A stretch of DNA of 49,934 nt, taken from assembly GCA_964604045.1 (NCBI GenBank), contig CAZRXM010000002.1, positions 1 to 49,934 on the forward strand, read 5' to 3'. The stretch is from an uncultured Candidatus Bathyarchaeia archaeon (GTDB taxonomy: Archaea; Thermoproteota; Bathyarchaeia; Bathyarchaeales; Bathycorpusculaceae). The notes under the pieces are model-generated. The model did no database searches. It worked only from the letters and a program-made list of their open reading frames with translations, and was not told the DNA's origin. A program made the translations under genes and the position numbers. How positions within the stretch are numbered: position 1 is the stretch's first letter; every line of letters starts with the position of its first letter. This document shows positions 9,389 through 18,963 of the stretch, in pieces.

Positions 9389-9718
9389 TCAATCTACGGC
9401 CTTGTATATTTTGATGTCATGGTTTCCCGAAACCAGCTGGACTAAACCTTCATCTTCGAGTTGTTCAAGCAAGTCCTTTGCGGCGCTTATCCTTATATTA
9501 AAGCGGGATGCCACAGCATAGGGTGTTAGAACTCGCATCTTTTTAAGTTCCTCTAGCATCTTGCCGCCTCTGATTTCCGGAACCAATATTCCAGCTATCT
9601 TTTTCTCTTTAGGTGCAGCCTTTTCCTTCTCCTTTTCCTTCTTCTTTTTCTCCTCCTCGCTCTTCCTCATTTGCATGCGTTCCATCTGCTTCAGAGATAG
9701 TTTCTTTTTCCCGCCCAT
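9389..9718 (-). CDS. rps25e: 30S ribosomal protein eS25
   Basis: Internal ATG at 9718 gives MGGKKK...K/E-rich N-terminus and winged-helix C-terminus (LTPYAVASRFNIRISAAKDLL..L...G); the longer 154-aa form would overlap the histone gene. Confidence 0.85.
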   Translation of the reverse strand: MGGKKKLSLKQMERMQMRKSEEEKKKKEKEKEKAAPKEKKIAGILVPEIRGGKMLEELKKMRVLTPYAVASRFNIRISAAKDLLEQLEDEGLVQLVSGNHDIKIYKAVD

Positions 9719-9818
9719 GAAGAACACCTCATTATGGTTTACGCGAATACTCATGTTTCGTGTCTTATATTTATTACGAACCTTCAGCTTGGAAAAGAAG
9801 AAAAGGGATTTTGAAAAT

Positions 9819-10040
9819 TTACCTACCCATAACTTTCCTGGCAGCGATTTCAATGTCCTCAGCTTTTATTGTTTTTCGTCCAGTGTGCATGGCGAAGTCT
9901 AAAGCTTCCTTAGCTATTTTAATACCAATCTCCTCTAAAACCTTGGCGAGCTCTTTGGCGGCTGCCTCGCTAACCCTCTCTGCTCCAGCTTTTTTACAAA
10001 TTCTGTGCATGGGGGCTATTGCCAACTCTAAATCTGCCAT
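9819..10040 (-). CDS. Archaeal histone (HMf family)
   Basis: 73 aa; [19 protein letters not shown]...LA..LEE....IA..A...A.H.GRKT...EDI..A histone-fold pattern; GGAGG 9 nt upstream of ATG. Confidence 0.9.
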   Translation of the reverse strand: MADLELAIAPMHRICKKAGAERVSEAAAKELAKVLEEIGIKIAKEALDFAMHTGRKTIKAEDIEIAARKVMGR

Positions 10041-10198
10041 AAAGACGCCTCCATGGCTTCTTTTTGTATTTGAAGCAATATTTAACGTTTATTGCACCTT
10101 ATAATCCAAAAATAAAGTCTGAGGGTAAGCTTCCTTTACTTAACGGAGATAATTATAAAAACGTTCAGTTCGCCTAGTTTATATCCAAAGTGGGTGTC

Positions 10199-11005
10199 AT
10201 GAAAAAGTCGAGGTATGTTGACTCTCACATACACTTGTCTGACGATGAGTATCTAGGAAAAGTTGAGGAGATTCTTGCGGAGGCTAGAGGCTCAAACGTT
10301 ATTGCGATGGTTTCAAACTCCATGGACCTCGAAACTAGCATTAGAAGCCTAGAGTTAGCTATGCAGTATGAAGGGGAAGTTTACGCCGCGCTGGGAATTC
10401 ATCCTTGGAGCGTGAACAGCCTAACCGATGACGATCTACGTCGAACATGCGAGTATATTCTGAAACAGAAACAGAACAGGGCTGTTGTAGCTATAGGAGA
10501 GGTAGGCTTAGACTATAAGTATGAAAAGATATGGGACAAACAGCTTAGGGTTTTTGAAGAAATGCTTAGGCTGGCGGAGAAAATGGACCTTCCAGTTATA
10601 ATTCATTCCCGCGGAACAACTGCGAAAATTGTGGATATGCTTCCATCTTACCGTTTGAAAGGAGTTCTTTTACACTGGTTCAGCAATCCCATAAGCGTTT
10701 TGCCAAAAGCCGTAGACCGCGGCTATTATATAAGCGAAGGCCCACCCGTCGTTTACTCAGAAGGCGTTAGAGAAGTCGTCAAACGCGTGCCTTTAGAGAA
10801 ACTCTTAACAGAAACTGACGGGCCGGTGCGCTACTTTAAAAGTCCCTTTGATGGCAAATTGACAACTCCGGCTTTTCTGCCGAAAGTCGTTAGCGCTATA
10901 GCGGAGGTTAAGCAGGCAGACGTATATGAGGTTGCCTGGCAAATACTGAAAAACTTCGAGGAATTTTTCGGGTTAAAGTTGGAAAAGGAGGATGAAGACG
11001 CGTAA
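10199..11005 (+). CDS. TatD-family metal-dependent hydrolase
   Basis: YVDSHIHL, GEVGLDY, IIHSR, ETDGP motifs; ATG at 10199 preferred over the GTG at 10190. Confidence 0.85.
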   Translation: MKKSRYVDSHIHLSDDEYLGKVEEILAEARGSNVIAMVSNSMDLETSIRSLELAMQYEGEVYAALGIHPWSVNSLTDDDLRRTCEYILKQKQNRAVVAIGEVGLDYKYEKIWDKQLRVFEEMLRLAEKMDLPVIIHSRGTTAKIVDMLPSYRLKGVLLHWFSNPISVLPKAVDRGYYISEGPPVVYSEGVREVVKRVPLEKLLTETDGPVRYFKSPFDGKLTTPAFLPKVVSAIAEVKQADVYEVAWQILKNFEEFFGLKLEKEDEDA

Positions 11006-11095
11006 AATTAAAATTGAATCACGTTTATGAATGACTCATTTCACGTCTGGAAACAGTGATGGATATGCCAAGGTTAACTCGGAGGAGTCAAGTGT

Positions 11096-11317
11096 TTGGG
11101 AAAAGTTCGAACAGAACATATTAAACGTATAGCCAGAGAACTCGTTAAACGTTTCCCCAACAAATTTTCTGGGAATTTTGAGGAAAACAAACGTTTGGTT
11201 GCCATGCTTGTGCCCGGAGCAACAACAAGGGTTCGAAACCAAATCGCAGGCTACATAACGCACATTTACGGTGGCGTTGCACCTACACCTTCTAGTGAAA
11301 GTGAGGAAAGCGAGTAG
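11096..11317 (+). CDS. rps17e: 30S ribosomal protein eS17 (TTG start)
   Basis: 73 aa beginning MGKVRTEHIKR, the canonical eS17 N-terminus; the only in-frame initiator matching that N-terminus is TTG at 11096. Confidence 0.85.
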   Translation: MGKVRTEHIKRIARELVKRFPNKFSGNFEENKRLVAMLVPGATTRVRNQIAGYITHIYGGVAPTPSSESEESE

Positions 11318-11359
11318 CTTATTAGCCACCTTCAATTTCTAAAACAACGGGTTGGCAAA

Positions 11360-11734
11360 ATGATAGACCATTATAGGCGAGGATGGGCTTTACGGTACTT
11401 GCGCGAGGCGAAAGCGGAGTTGGAGGCGGCTAGAAAAATGCCTTATATGGCTCCAAGCCTGGTTCTTGAAGCAATAAGGAAGGCTAGAAACGCCATATAC
11501 TACAGCCTAGGCGAACCAGCCTTCGTTGAAAGCATTGTAAGAGAGGTCATGGAGAACACCCAAGCCATAAACGACCCCATTCTAAGATGTCTAGTGGAAA
11601 TCGAGGAGGTTATGCAGCAAATAGCCCAAATGGAGGAAATAGACGAAGAAAAGGCCATAAAACAAGCGGACAACTTAATCCAGACAGCATCGGAAATCGT
11701 TGAAGTGACCCTCGGAGAAAAAGTGGAAGAATAG
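11360..11734 (+). CDS. Hypothetical helical protein (weak HEPN-like N-terminal pattern, no Rx4-6H motif seen)
   Basis: 124 aa; W..RYL.EA...LE.A pattern then acidic C-terminus; assignment is speculative. Confidence 0.4.
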   Translation: MIDHYRRGWALRYLREAKAELEAARKMPYMAPSLVLEAIRKARNAIYYSLGEPAFVESIVREVMENTQAINDPILRCLVEIEEVMQQIAQMEEIDEEKAIKQADNLIQTASEIVEVTLGEKVEE

Positions 11735-11736
11735 GT

Positions 11737-12909
11737 TTAAAGCTTCCCCAGAGCTACTTCTATTCTCCTCAAAGCTTCCTTAATGTTTTCAACAGAGTTT
11801 GCAAAGGATATCCGGAGATACCCTTCGCCGTACTTTCCAAAGGATGTCCCGGGTAAAACGGCCACTCCCACCTCGTTAAGCAGGTAATCTGAGAGCTCTT
11901 TTGAACGCAAACCTGTGCCCATTATATTTGGAAAAACGTAGAACGCTCCCTTTGGCTTTTTGCAAGTTACACCCTTAATCTTGTTTAAACCTTCCACTAT
12001 GATCTCTCTGCGTTTTCTAAACTCTGCAACCATTCGGTCCACCGAGTCTTGGGGTCCTTTTAAGGCTTCTATGCCAGCCATCTGGATGAAGGCGCATGTA
12101 CACGAGTTGGAGTTGATCATTAACTGCGTGATTTTTTCGGCTAGATCTTTCCGCATGACACCGTAGCCGAGTCTCCACCCTGTCATGGCGTAGGTTTTCG
12201 AGAAACCGTCGAGAATTATTGTCTTTTCCTTCATTCCCGGAAGGGAAGCTATGCTTTCATGGCTTCCCTCGTAAATTATGCGGCTGTAGATTTCATCTGA
12301 TAGGACTATCACGTCGTCTCTTTCAGCTATACAGTCCGCAATAAGCTTCAAATCGTCCCTTGTCAGAACACCGCCCGTTGGGTTCTCCGGCGAATTCAAA
12401 ATGACCATTTTAGTCTTCTTCGTCACTTTTTCTTTAACGTACTCGTGGTCTATTCTGAAGTCGTTTTCTTCCTTCAGAGGTATGGGCACAGGTTTGGCTC
12501 CAACAAACTTTATCACGGATTCGTATATTGGGAAGCCCGGATTGGGGTAAAGAACCTCTTCACCGGGGTTTACGAATGCTAGTATTGCGAAAAATATTAT
12601 TGGTTTCGCGCCCGGTGTGACAACGACCTCCTCTGGGTCTACGGGGATTTTCCTAGTTTTGGATATATATTCGGCTATGGCTTCGCGGAGCTCCGGGATG
12701 CCGGCTGCTGGCACATAATGGGTGTATCCGGCGTAGAGAGCCTTGACAGCCGCCTCTTTTATGTTTTGGGGTGTATCGAAATCTGGTTCCCCTATTTCAA
12801 GGTGAATTATGTTTTTTCCTTGCCTTTCAAGGGCTTTGGCCCTGGCAAGCACTTCAAAAGCCGTCTCCGTTCCAAGGACAGCCATTCTGTCTGCAAGTAT
12901 GGAGGACAT
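11737..12909 (-). CDS. Class I PLP-dependent aminotransferase (aspartate aminotransferase-like)
   Basis: 390 aa; NSPENPTG, SDEIY, FSKTYAMTGWRLGY (PLP lysine) motifs. Confidence 0.85.
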   Translation of the reverse strand: MSSILADRMAVLGTETAFEVLARAKALERQGKNIIHLEIGEPDFDTPQNIKEAAVKALYAGYTHYVPAAGIPELREAIAEYISKTRKIPVDPEEVVVTPGAKPIIFFAILAFVNPGEEVLYPNPGFPIYESVIKFVGAKPVPIPLKEENDFRIDHEYVKEKVTKKTKMVILNSPENPTGGVLTRDDLKLIADCIAERDDVIVLSDEIYSRIIYEGSHESIASLPGMKEKTIILDGFSKTYAMTGWRLGYGVMRKDLAEKITQLMINSNSCTCAFIQMAGIEALKGPQDSVDRMVAEFRKRREIIVEGLNKIKGVTCKKPKGAFYVFPNIMGTGLRSKELSDYLLNEVGVAVLPGTSFGKYGEGYLRISFANSVENIKEALRRIEVALGKL

Positions 12910-12993
12910 AAAATCACCGTTTAAGAGTTTATGAAGTGTTATTTTTGAACTGAATATTTAACCCTTATATGTCGTTGCACTTTTTCGGTATGT

Positions 12994-14001
12994 TTAGAAA
13001 ACTTTTGGAGGTGGCTTCACGTTGACAACTTCTGGGTTCACGAGGTTTGGCGGTACTTTTCCTTCGAAAAAGGCAACTAGGTTTTCCGCCACCATTTCAG
13101 CCATTCTTGACCGAGTTTCATAGCTAGCGCTGGATATGTGTGGGGCAACAACCACGTTGTCGAGTTTAAGCAGTGGATTATCTAATGGTGTAGGTTCCTG
13201 TTCGAAAACATCTAAGGCGGCGCCAGCAATCCAGCCCTCCTTCAAAGCCTTGTATAAAGCTTTCTCGTCGACTACGGCTCCCCTAGAATTGTTGATCAGG
13301 TAGGCCGTTTTCTTCATCAGCCTAAGCCTCTCCTCGTTTACAAGATGGTACGTTTCCTTTGTTAACGGAACGTGGATGCTTACAAAGTCGGATTCTCTGA
13401 AAAGGGTTTCTAAGTCGACCCGTTGGGCGCCGAGCTCTTTCTCTATTTCCAGTGGCATGGGAACAACATCATAGTAGAGAATTTTCATGTTGAAGCCTTT
13501 AGCCCTCCTAGCAACGGCTGTTCCAATCCTTCCTGCGCCTACTATGCCAAGTGTGGCGCCGTAGACATCTCTACCCAGGAGCATGCTGGGGTGCCAGCTG
13601 ACCTTCCACTGTCCGGTGCGCACATATCTGTCTGCCTCAACGACACGCCTCGCAACGGCCAAAAGCAGGGCCCAAGCAAAGTCGGCAGTTGTCTCTGTTA
13701 ACACACCTGGTGTGTTTGTTACATATATCCCCCTCTTTGTTGCTTCAGCCACGTCTATGTTGTCGTAACCAACAGCCATTTGCGCAACTATCTTCAACCT
13801 TGGAGCGGCATCAAAAACCTCAGTGTCAATTTTATCAGTTAACAGCGTGACCAAGGCGTCAACGTCCTTAACCTTCATTAATATCTCCTTTCTAGGAGGG
13901 GGCCCGTATTCGGGCCACACTTCCGCGTCGAATCGCTCCAGTATAATTTTCATGCCTTTTTCGGGTAACTCGCGGGTCACGTAAACTTTTGGTTTCGCCA
14001 T
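12994..14001 (-). CDS. gyaR: Glyoxylate reductase / D-2-hydroxyacid dehydrogenase
   Basis: From ATG 14001: [16 protein letters not shown]..., [29 protein letters not shown]; collinear with Pyrococcus GyaR as I remember it. Confidence 0.85.
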   Translation of the reverse strand: MAKPKVYVTRELPEKGMKIILERFDAEVWPEYGPPPRKEILMKVKDVDALVTLLTDKIDTEVFDAAPRLKIVAQMAVGYDNIDVAEATKRGIYVTNTPGVLTETTADFAWALLLAVARRVVEADRYVRTGQWKVSWHPSMLLGRDVYGATLGIVGAGRIGTAVARRAKGFNMKILYYDVVPMPLEIEKELGAQRVDLETLFRESDFVSIHVPLTKETYHLVNEERLRLMKKTAYLINNSRGAVVDEKALYKALKEGWIAGAALDVFEQEPTPLDNPLLKLDNVVVAPHISSASYETRSRMAEMVAENLVAFFEGKVPPNLVNPEVVNVKPPPKVF

Positions 14002-14094
14002 ATGGTTCACCAAATGTTGGCTATTGCAAAACACTTATGGACGCTGGACTTATTACATTTACTATTCAAGTTTACTATTTGTGTTGGGAAGCCA

Positions 14095-15471
14095 ATGGTG
14101 GTCATAAAAAATCTGAAACAGCTTGTTCAAAATGGGCAGAGTCAAACGGATAGAAGGGCAAGAGAATTAGCCTTGAAAAGTTTTGAAGCAGCCGTTAGAG
14201 CTGTCGACCCCAAAAGGCTGATCGGTTCAAAACTTGTGCTGGAAGACTCCATTTTAAAGGTTGACTGTTACACCTTCGATTTAAAACATTTTAAAAACAT
14301 ATACGTTATTGGAGGAGGAAAAGCCAGCGGTTCCATGGCTGAAGCCTTAGAAGCCCTTTTAGACAAACGTATAACTGAAGGCATCGTCAACGTGCCTAAG
14401 GGAAGCAAGCATAAAACAGAAATTGTGAAGCTCAATGAAGCAAGCCACCCGATACCAGACGAGTCTGGTGTTGAGGGAGTAAAACGAATGTTGGAGTTGG
14501 CTGAAAAAGCCGGAGAAAACGACTTGGTAATATGCTTGATATCGGGAGGAGGCTCTAGTCTAATGCCGCTGCCCAGAAACGGAATAACACTGGTGGATAA
14601 AAGGAAGATCACCGAAGATCTTTTGAAATGCGGCGCGACAATAAGCGAGATAAACACTGTTAGAAAGCACATTTCCGGGATTAAGGGCGGCTGGTTGGCG
14701 AAAAAAGCCTACCCAGCCACTGTTTTAAACCTCATTCTTTCAGACGTTTTAGGCGACCCCACTGAGTTTATTGCCTCTGGTCCCACGGTTCCAGACTCAA
14801 CAACCTTCAGTGACGCTGTGAAAATCCTGAAAAAATACGGGTTGTGGGAAAAAGCCCCAGAATCTGTAAGAAAGGTTTTGCTTGAAGGCGAGAAAGGTTT
14901 GATTCCGGAAACGCCAAAGGCGGACGACAAGGCTTTTAGGAGGGTTTTCAATGTTGTAATTGGAAACTGCAGAGACGCCAGCAGAGCAGCATGCAAAACC
15001 CTAAAATCTGCGGGGTTAAACACGCTTCTCCTAACAGCGCTCCTAGAAGGAGAAGCCCGCCATGTGGGAACCTTTTTGGCTTCGGTGGCAAGGGAGATTG
15101 CTGCTTCAAACAACCCTGTTCCGAGACCAGCTGCAATAGTGGCTGGAGGCGAAACAACTGTGACTGTTGTAGGAAAGGGTAAAGGTGGAAGAAATCAAGA
15201 AATAGCTCTGGCTGCAGCGCTGAAAATTCGTGGTTTAGATGGGTGTGTAGTCGCTTCGTTGAGCACCGACGGAGTGGACGGCCCGACCGATGCTGCTGGA
15301 GCAGTTGCGGATGGAAAAACAATAGAACGAGCTGAAGGGGCAGGGTTGAACGCTGAAACCTTCTTAGTCGAAAATGATTCCTACAACTTTTTCTCAAGGC
15401 TCGGCGACTTAATATTCACAGGACCCACAGGCACAAACGTAAACGACATATCCATCGTCATAGTTCTATAG
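14095..15471 (+). CDS. Glycerate 2-kinase (MOFRL/DUF4147 family; TtuD-like)
   Basis: From ATG 14095 (458 aa); GGGKASG.MA, LISGGGSSL, ISGIKGG and C-terminal MOFRL block GGETTV...GKGGRNQE...DGVDGPTDAAGA...TGPTGTNVND. Confidence 0.85.
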   Translation: MVVIKNLKQLVQNGQSQTDRRARELALKSFEAAVRAVDPKRLIGSKLVLEDSILKVDCYTFDLKHFKNIYVIGGGKASGSMAEALEALLDKRITEGIVNVPKGSKHKTEIVKLNEASHPIPDESGVEGVKRMLELAEKAGENDLVICLISGGGSSLMPLPRNGITLVDKRKITEDLLKCGATISEINTVRKHISGIKGGWLAKKAYPATVLNLILSDVLGDPTEFIASGPTVPDSTTFSDAVKILKKYGLWEKAPESVRKVLLEGEKGLIPETPKADDKAFRRVFNVVIGNCRDASRAACKTLKSAGLNTLLLTALLEGEARHVGTFLASVAREIAASNNPVPRPAAIVAGGETTVTVVGKGKGGRNQEIALAAALKIRGLDGCVVASLSTDGVDGPTDAAGAVADGKTIERAEGAGLNAETFLVENDSYNFFSRLGDLIFTGPTGTNVNDISIVIVL

Positions 15472-15481
15472 AGGGGTTATC

Positions 15482-15772
15482 ATGAAAACAAGCATAATCG
15501 TCAGATTTGTTGGCAGTTTGCGCACCATGGCTGGAAGAAGCAGGGTTAAACTGGAACTTAATGGAGAAAAAACTCTGAGAGAAGTCGTAGGCATCATTGT
15601 CGAGAAAATCCCTGAAACCAAACACATCCTCATTGATCCGGAGTTGGGAGACCCTCGTCCAAACACTTTGGTAATTGTTAATGGAAGGGAAATCAGCGTT
15701 TTAAGTGGATTAGACACAGTTTTAAAGGATGGGGACGAAGTGGTTTTTGTTACGGTTTCTCATGGTGGATAA
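15482..15772 (+). CDS. MoaD/ThiS-family ubiquitin-like sulfur carrier (C-terminal GG)
   Basis: 96 aa ending ...FVTVSHGG-stop; beta-grasp-like length and pattern. Confidence 0.75.
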   Translation: MKTSIIVRFVGSLRTMAGRSRVKLELNGEKTLREVVGIIVEKIPETKHILIDPELGDPRPNTLVIVNGREISVLSGLDTVLKDGDEVVFVTVSHGG

Positions 15773-15775
15773 CCC

Positions 15776-16579
15776 GTGGGAAAACGCCCTAAAGCCTCAA
15801 TAATAACGTTAACGACGGATTTCGGGCTTGCTGACCCTTATGTCGCCGAAATGAAAGCCGTGATTTTGGGGATAAACCCTAACGTGGAGATAGTTGACAT
15901 AACCCATCAGGTGGAAAAGTTCAACGTGAGGAACGGTGCCTTCATAATTGCGGCTGCAGCCCCATACTTTCCTAAGGGGACAATTCACGTGGCGGTCGTC
16001 GACCCGGGTGTTGGAACAAAACGCAAACCCATATTAATAGAAGCCGAAAAAGACTTCTTTATAGGACCGGATAACGGTGTGCTGGTTTTAGCGGCGAAAA
16101 ATCAGGGAATAAGGCGTGTTTATGAAATAGCAAATCGGAGATTCATGCTTCACAGAATATCCTCAACCTTTCATGGTAGAGATGTATTTGCTCCAGCGGC
16201 GGCATTTCTTTCAACGGGGGTCAAGCCCTCGGATTTCGGGCCGGAAATTCGAGAAATCGTCATGCCGAGGTTCGCAGAGGTTGTTGAGAAGGGCAAAAGA
16301 TTAATCGGTGAAGTTATCCACGTTGACAGTTTTGGAAACATAATCACAAACTTCACAGCCGAGCATGTTGAAAGCTTCAAGGACTATGTGCGTGTTAGGC
16401 TTGGGAATAAGCTGTTAAAACTGAAACTTTGCAAGGCTTACGCGGAGGTGAAAACCCAAAAACCACTTGCCATAATTGGAAGCCACGATTTTCTGGAAAT
16501 ATCTATAAACGTGGGAAATGCTGCTCAGTTTTTTGGGGTGAAAGTTGGAGACCCTGTTACACTTTATCGGTCTTTGTGA
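15776..16579 (+). CDS. SAM hydrolase / SAM-dependent halogenase family protein (DUF62, S-adenosyl-L-methionine hydroxide adenosyltransferase)
   Basis: 267 aa, GTG start; ITLTTDFGL.DPYV..MK, VVDPGVGT.R, GPDNG, FHGRDVFAP, DSFGN motifs. Confidence 0.85.
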   Translation: MGKRPKASIITLTTDFGLADPYVAEMKAVILGINPNVEIVDITHQVEKFNVRNGAFIIAAAAPYFPKGTIHVAVVDPGVGTKRKPILIEAEKDFFIGPDNGVLVLAAKNQGIRRVYEIANRRFMLHRISSTFHGRDVFAPAAAFLSTGVKPSDFGPEIREIVMPRFAEVVEKGKRLIGEVIHVDSFGNIITNFTAEHVESFKDYVRVRLGNKLLKLKLCKAYAEVKTQKPLAIIGSHDFLEISINVGNAAQFFGVKVGDPVTLYRSL

Positions 16580-17081
16580 GGTCTCTAAGCCTTTCAGCGC
16601 CGCCTATTTCTTTTATGAGATTTGCTACGCTTTTCGGAACAAGCTCTTCCCAGTTTTCGCCTTTTAACATTCTTTTCCTTATTTCTGTAGCGGAGTAGAT
16701 TTCGCGTTTATGGAAGGGTATGGGTTTAACTTCGTAGCCAGCTTCTATGAAAAGCCTCCGAGTGAGCGGCTCATTGGAGTAGACAACGTCGAAACGAGGT
16801 GTGTAACCTTCAACAACGGAAACCCACACCGTGTGTATGTGCACGTCCGGCACGGGTACAATCCATATACGTTTCAGGTCGACTTTCTCTTCTTCCAAAG
16901 CTTTCCTTATCATCATAATTCGTTCGCCTGTTGTGAAAGGGTTGTCTACGCGGTGGCTGTACTGAGCGCTTCCGACAACTATTACAAGCTCGTCTACTTC
17001 TTTAAGGATCTCCTTGACAGCTTGAAGATGCCCCTTGTGGAAGGGTTGAAAACGCCCAACGAAAAGTCCACGTTTAGTCAT
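16557..17081 (-). CDS. nadM: Nicotinamide-nucleotide adenylyltransferase (archaeal NadM type)
   Basis: RGLFVGRFQPFHKGH (HxGH) and downstream SATEIR block; ATG at 17081 or 17099. Confidence 0.85.
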   Translation of the reverse strand: MTKRGLFVGRFQPFHKGHLQAVKEILKEVDELVIVVGSAQYSHRVDNPFTTGERIMMIRKALEEEKVDLKRIWIVPVPDVHIHTVWVSVVEGYTPRFDVVYSNEPLTRRLFIEAGYEVKPIPFHKREIYSATEIRKRMLKGENWEELVPKSVANLIKEIGGAERLRDLTKTDKV

Positions 17082-17091
17082 GAAGTATCCC

Positions 17092-17712
17092 TTAAACATT
17101 TAGGGCTAAGCTTTTATTATTTGCGCTGTTCAGACAGGATTTTAAGATAAATTCGACTGGGAAAACTTGCAGAGCGTTGCCGTCCACCTTAATTTCTTTT
17201 GTTGCATTGTAGCCCCTTCTCTCACGTTTCAAAATCTCCAGTTTGACATTCAAACCAGCGCTGTAGCCCCCTAAGGTGAAGTCTGAAGCTACAACCCTAT
17301 GGCATGGAATAAGAAGGGGTAAGGGGTTCAAAGACATAACACGCCCAACAGCCCTTGGGCTTCCACCAGCAGCCCTTGCCACAGAACCGTAAGAAGCCAC
17401 ATAACCAACCGGAATAGAGGAAACAGTCTTAAGAACTTTTTGCGCGTAGGCTGACTGCGAACTCATAGCTAGGGAAAATTTTTCAGCACAGCCCTTACCA
17501 TTGTAAATGTTCACAAGCGATAGAACCACTTTTTCGGCAAACTCGCTGGGCCCCTCCAAGTGTTGGAAAGGAACGTTGAAGGGAATGTTCCTGAGCAGAT
17601 TCCGCAGCGCTTGGTCTCGGTCGAAGGCAAAAGCTGTGGCAAAAACAGTTTCATCTTCATATGCAACTCCAAACCAGACTCCGTTAACAACATTTACGTA
17701 AAGCGTTAACAT
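17092..17712 (-). CDS. ogt: Methylated-DNA-protein-cysteine methyltransferase
   Basis: 206 aa; C-terminal domain with SYG.VA...G.P.A.RAVG....NP.P..IPCHRVV active-site motif. Confidence 0.85.
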   Translation of the reverse strand: MLTLYVNVVNGVWFGVAYEDETVFATAFAFDRDQALRNLLRNIPFNVPFQHLEGPSEFAEKVVLSLVNIYNGKGCAEKFSLAMSSQSAYAQKVLKTVSSIPVGYVASYGSVARAAGGSPRAVGRVMSLNPLPLLIPCHRVVASDFTLGGYSAGLNVKLEILKRERRGYNATKEIKVDGNALQVFPVEFILKSCLNSANNKSLALNV

Positions 17713-18317
17713 CCTCGCCGCCCGTTAAAGCGTTTTAAGATTTGAGTTAGGTATTTTGGTCTTGTGGAGGAAACACTTTGAAAGTTGAATGAATATTCGG
17801 ATAATCGTCGTAGCCACTACCCGGCTGAAACCTGGGGGCTAAGGGGAACATACTTATAGGTTTAAGACGGAAAGAGTATGCGGAAATTTGAAAAAGCTCG
17901 CGGATAACGAGTGTAAAATAGTTCAGGGCATAAGCCCCTGGCTCATTGTCCCGCTCCATATCTTGGGATTACCCGACGCCGGAATGCATTATTGACAAAA
18001 CTCTTGAGATTTTTGGGCAGGCACGAAAATAACAGTGGAATCCGCGGTTATGGCTACTGATGCCGGAGAACTTGACGAAAGTGAGGAAGTAGTTTCGCGG
18101 TACGTATAAGGGTTTAGACTCAGTGCTCATTGTTAAAACCGCCCACAGCATGAACTTTTTTAAAATTTGAAGTTTGAGAAATCACAGCAAAACCATTATG
18201 CGTCAAGAAGCTTCCAGAATTCACTTCTGAGAATTGGAAAGACGACTTGGAAGGCTCTTATCTACAGATTGAAAGACACTAAGTTTAATAGGTTGTGCTC
18301 TCATATCACGTGGAAAG

Positions 18318-18950
18318 GTGAAAGCCTTGTTAGGGAAGGAAGGACAAATGTCCCAGTATCTATGGATCCCGGGCGCTACAACTGTTGGCATAGTTTGCAC
18401 GGACGGCGTGATATTGGCTTCCGAAAAACGGGTTTCCTACGGTTATTTTGTCGTCAGCAAGGGAGGGAAGAAAGTCTTCAAGATAACGGATTATATAGGC
18501 GCCGCCTGCGCAGGACTTGTTTCAGACATGCAGATTCTTGTCCGTGAAGTGGAAGCGTACGCAAACCTTTACAGCATGGATGTGGGCAGACCCATATCTG
18601 TTAGGTCTGCGGCGAAGCTCATGTCCAACCTGCTTTTCGCCAACAGATTGGCTCCGTTAATAACTCAGACAATCGTGGGCGGCATAGACGATGAGGGTGC
18701 ATCCCTATACGTTTTGGACGTTTTAGGCTCGGTTATACCCGACAAATATGCAGTCGTAGGCTCCGGGACAGAAATTGCCACAGGCGTCCTTGAAGAGGGC
18801 TACCGGGAAAACCTAGACATTAAAGAAGGCAGGGAACTCGTTATTAGAGCCATAAAGTCGGCCATCAGCAGAGACGTCATGAGCGGCGACGGTATCGACT
18901 TTCTCATCATAACAAAAGAGGGAGCACGCGAAGAATCCATAAAATTCTAG
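18318..18950 (+). CDS. psmB: Proteasome subunit beta (propeptide + Thr1 active site)
   Basis: GATTVGIVC.DGV.LA.EKR motif; start is GTG 18318 or ATG 18348 (preceded by GGAAGGAAGGA). Confidence 0.9.
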   Translation: MKALLGKEGQMSQYLWIPGATTVGIVCTDGVILASEKRVSYGYFVVSKGGKKVFKITDYIGAACAGLVSDMQILVREVEAYANLYSMDVGRPISVRSAAKLMSNLLFANRLAPLITQTIVGGIDDEGASLYVLDVLGSVIPDKYAVVGSGTEIATGVLEEGYRENLDIKEGRELVIRAIKSAISRDVMSGDGIDFLIITKEGAREESIKF

Positions 18951-18963
18951 GAAGGCTCGTTCG

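Noticed and set aside
9590-9680. Long polypyrimidine (CT-rich) tract that looks like a simple repeat.
   Set aside because: It is the antisense of the Lys/Glu-rich N-terminal segment of eS25 (KSEEEKKKKEKEKEKAAPKEKK), so it is explained by coding sequence.
9389-9853. Long 154-aa form of the eS25 ORF. The same issue applies to the long forms 12994-14034, 14002-15471, 32913-34100, 34486-35538, 45660-46598, 46468-46764 and 29224-29514.
   Set aside because: The N-terminal extensions overlap neighbouring genes or add non-conserved sequence. Internal ATGs give canonical N-termini ([56 protein letters not shown]), often with a purine-rich SD upstream.
17741-18160. Possible RNase P RNA or SRP RNA in the ogt-psmB gap.
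   Set aside because: I looked on both strands for GAGGAAAGUCC (CR-I), ACAGAA..GGCUUA (CR-V) and the SRP helix-8 GGAAGGGAGCA-type motif. Only a weak, mis-spaced resemblance was found (ACAAUGAGCCAGGGGCUUAU on the minus strand), and the only GAGGAA-like element lies on the opposite strand. There is not enough to call an RNA, so the gap is kept as an open question in the findings.
18167-18547. 126-aa plus-strand ORF upstream of and overlapping psmB.
   Set aside because: It is out of frame with the well-supported proteasome beta gene. The translation is R/S-rich and motif-free.
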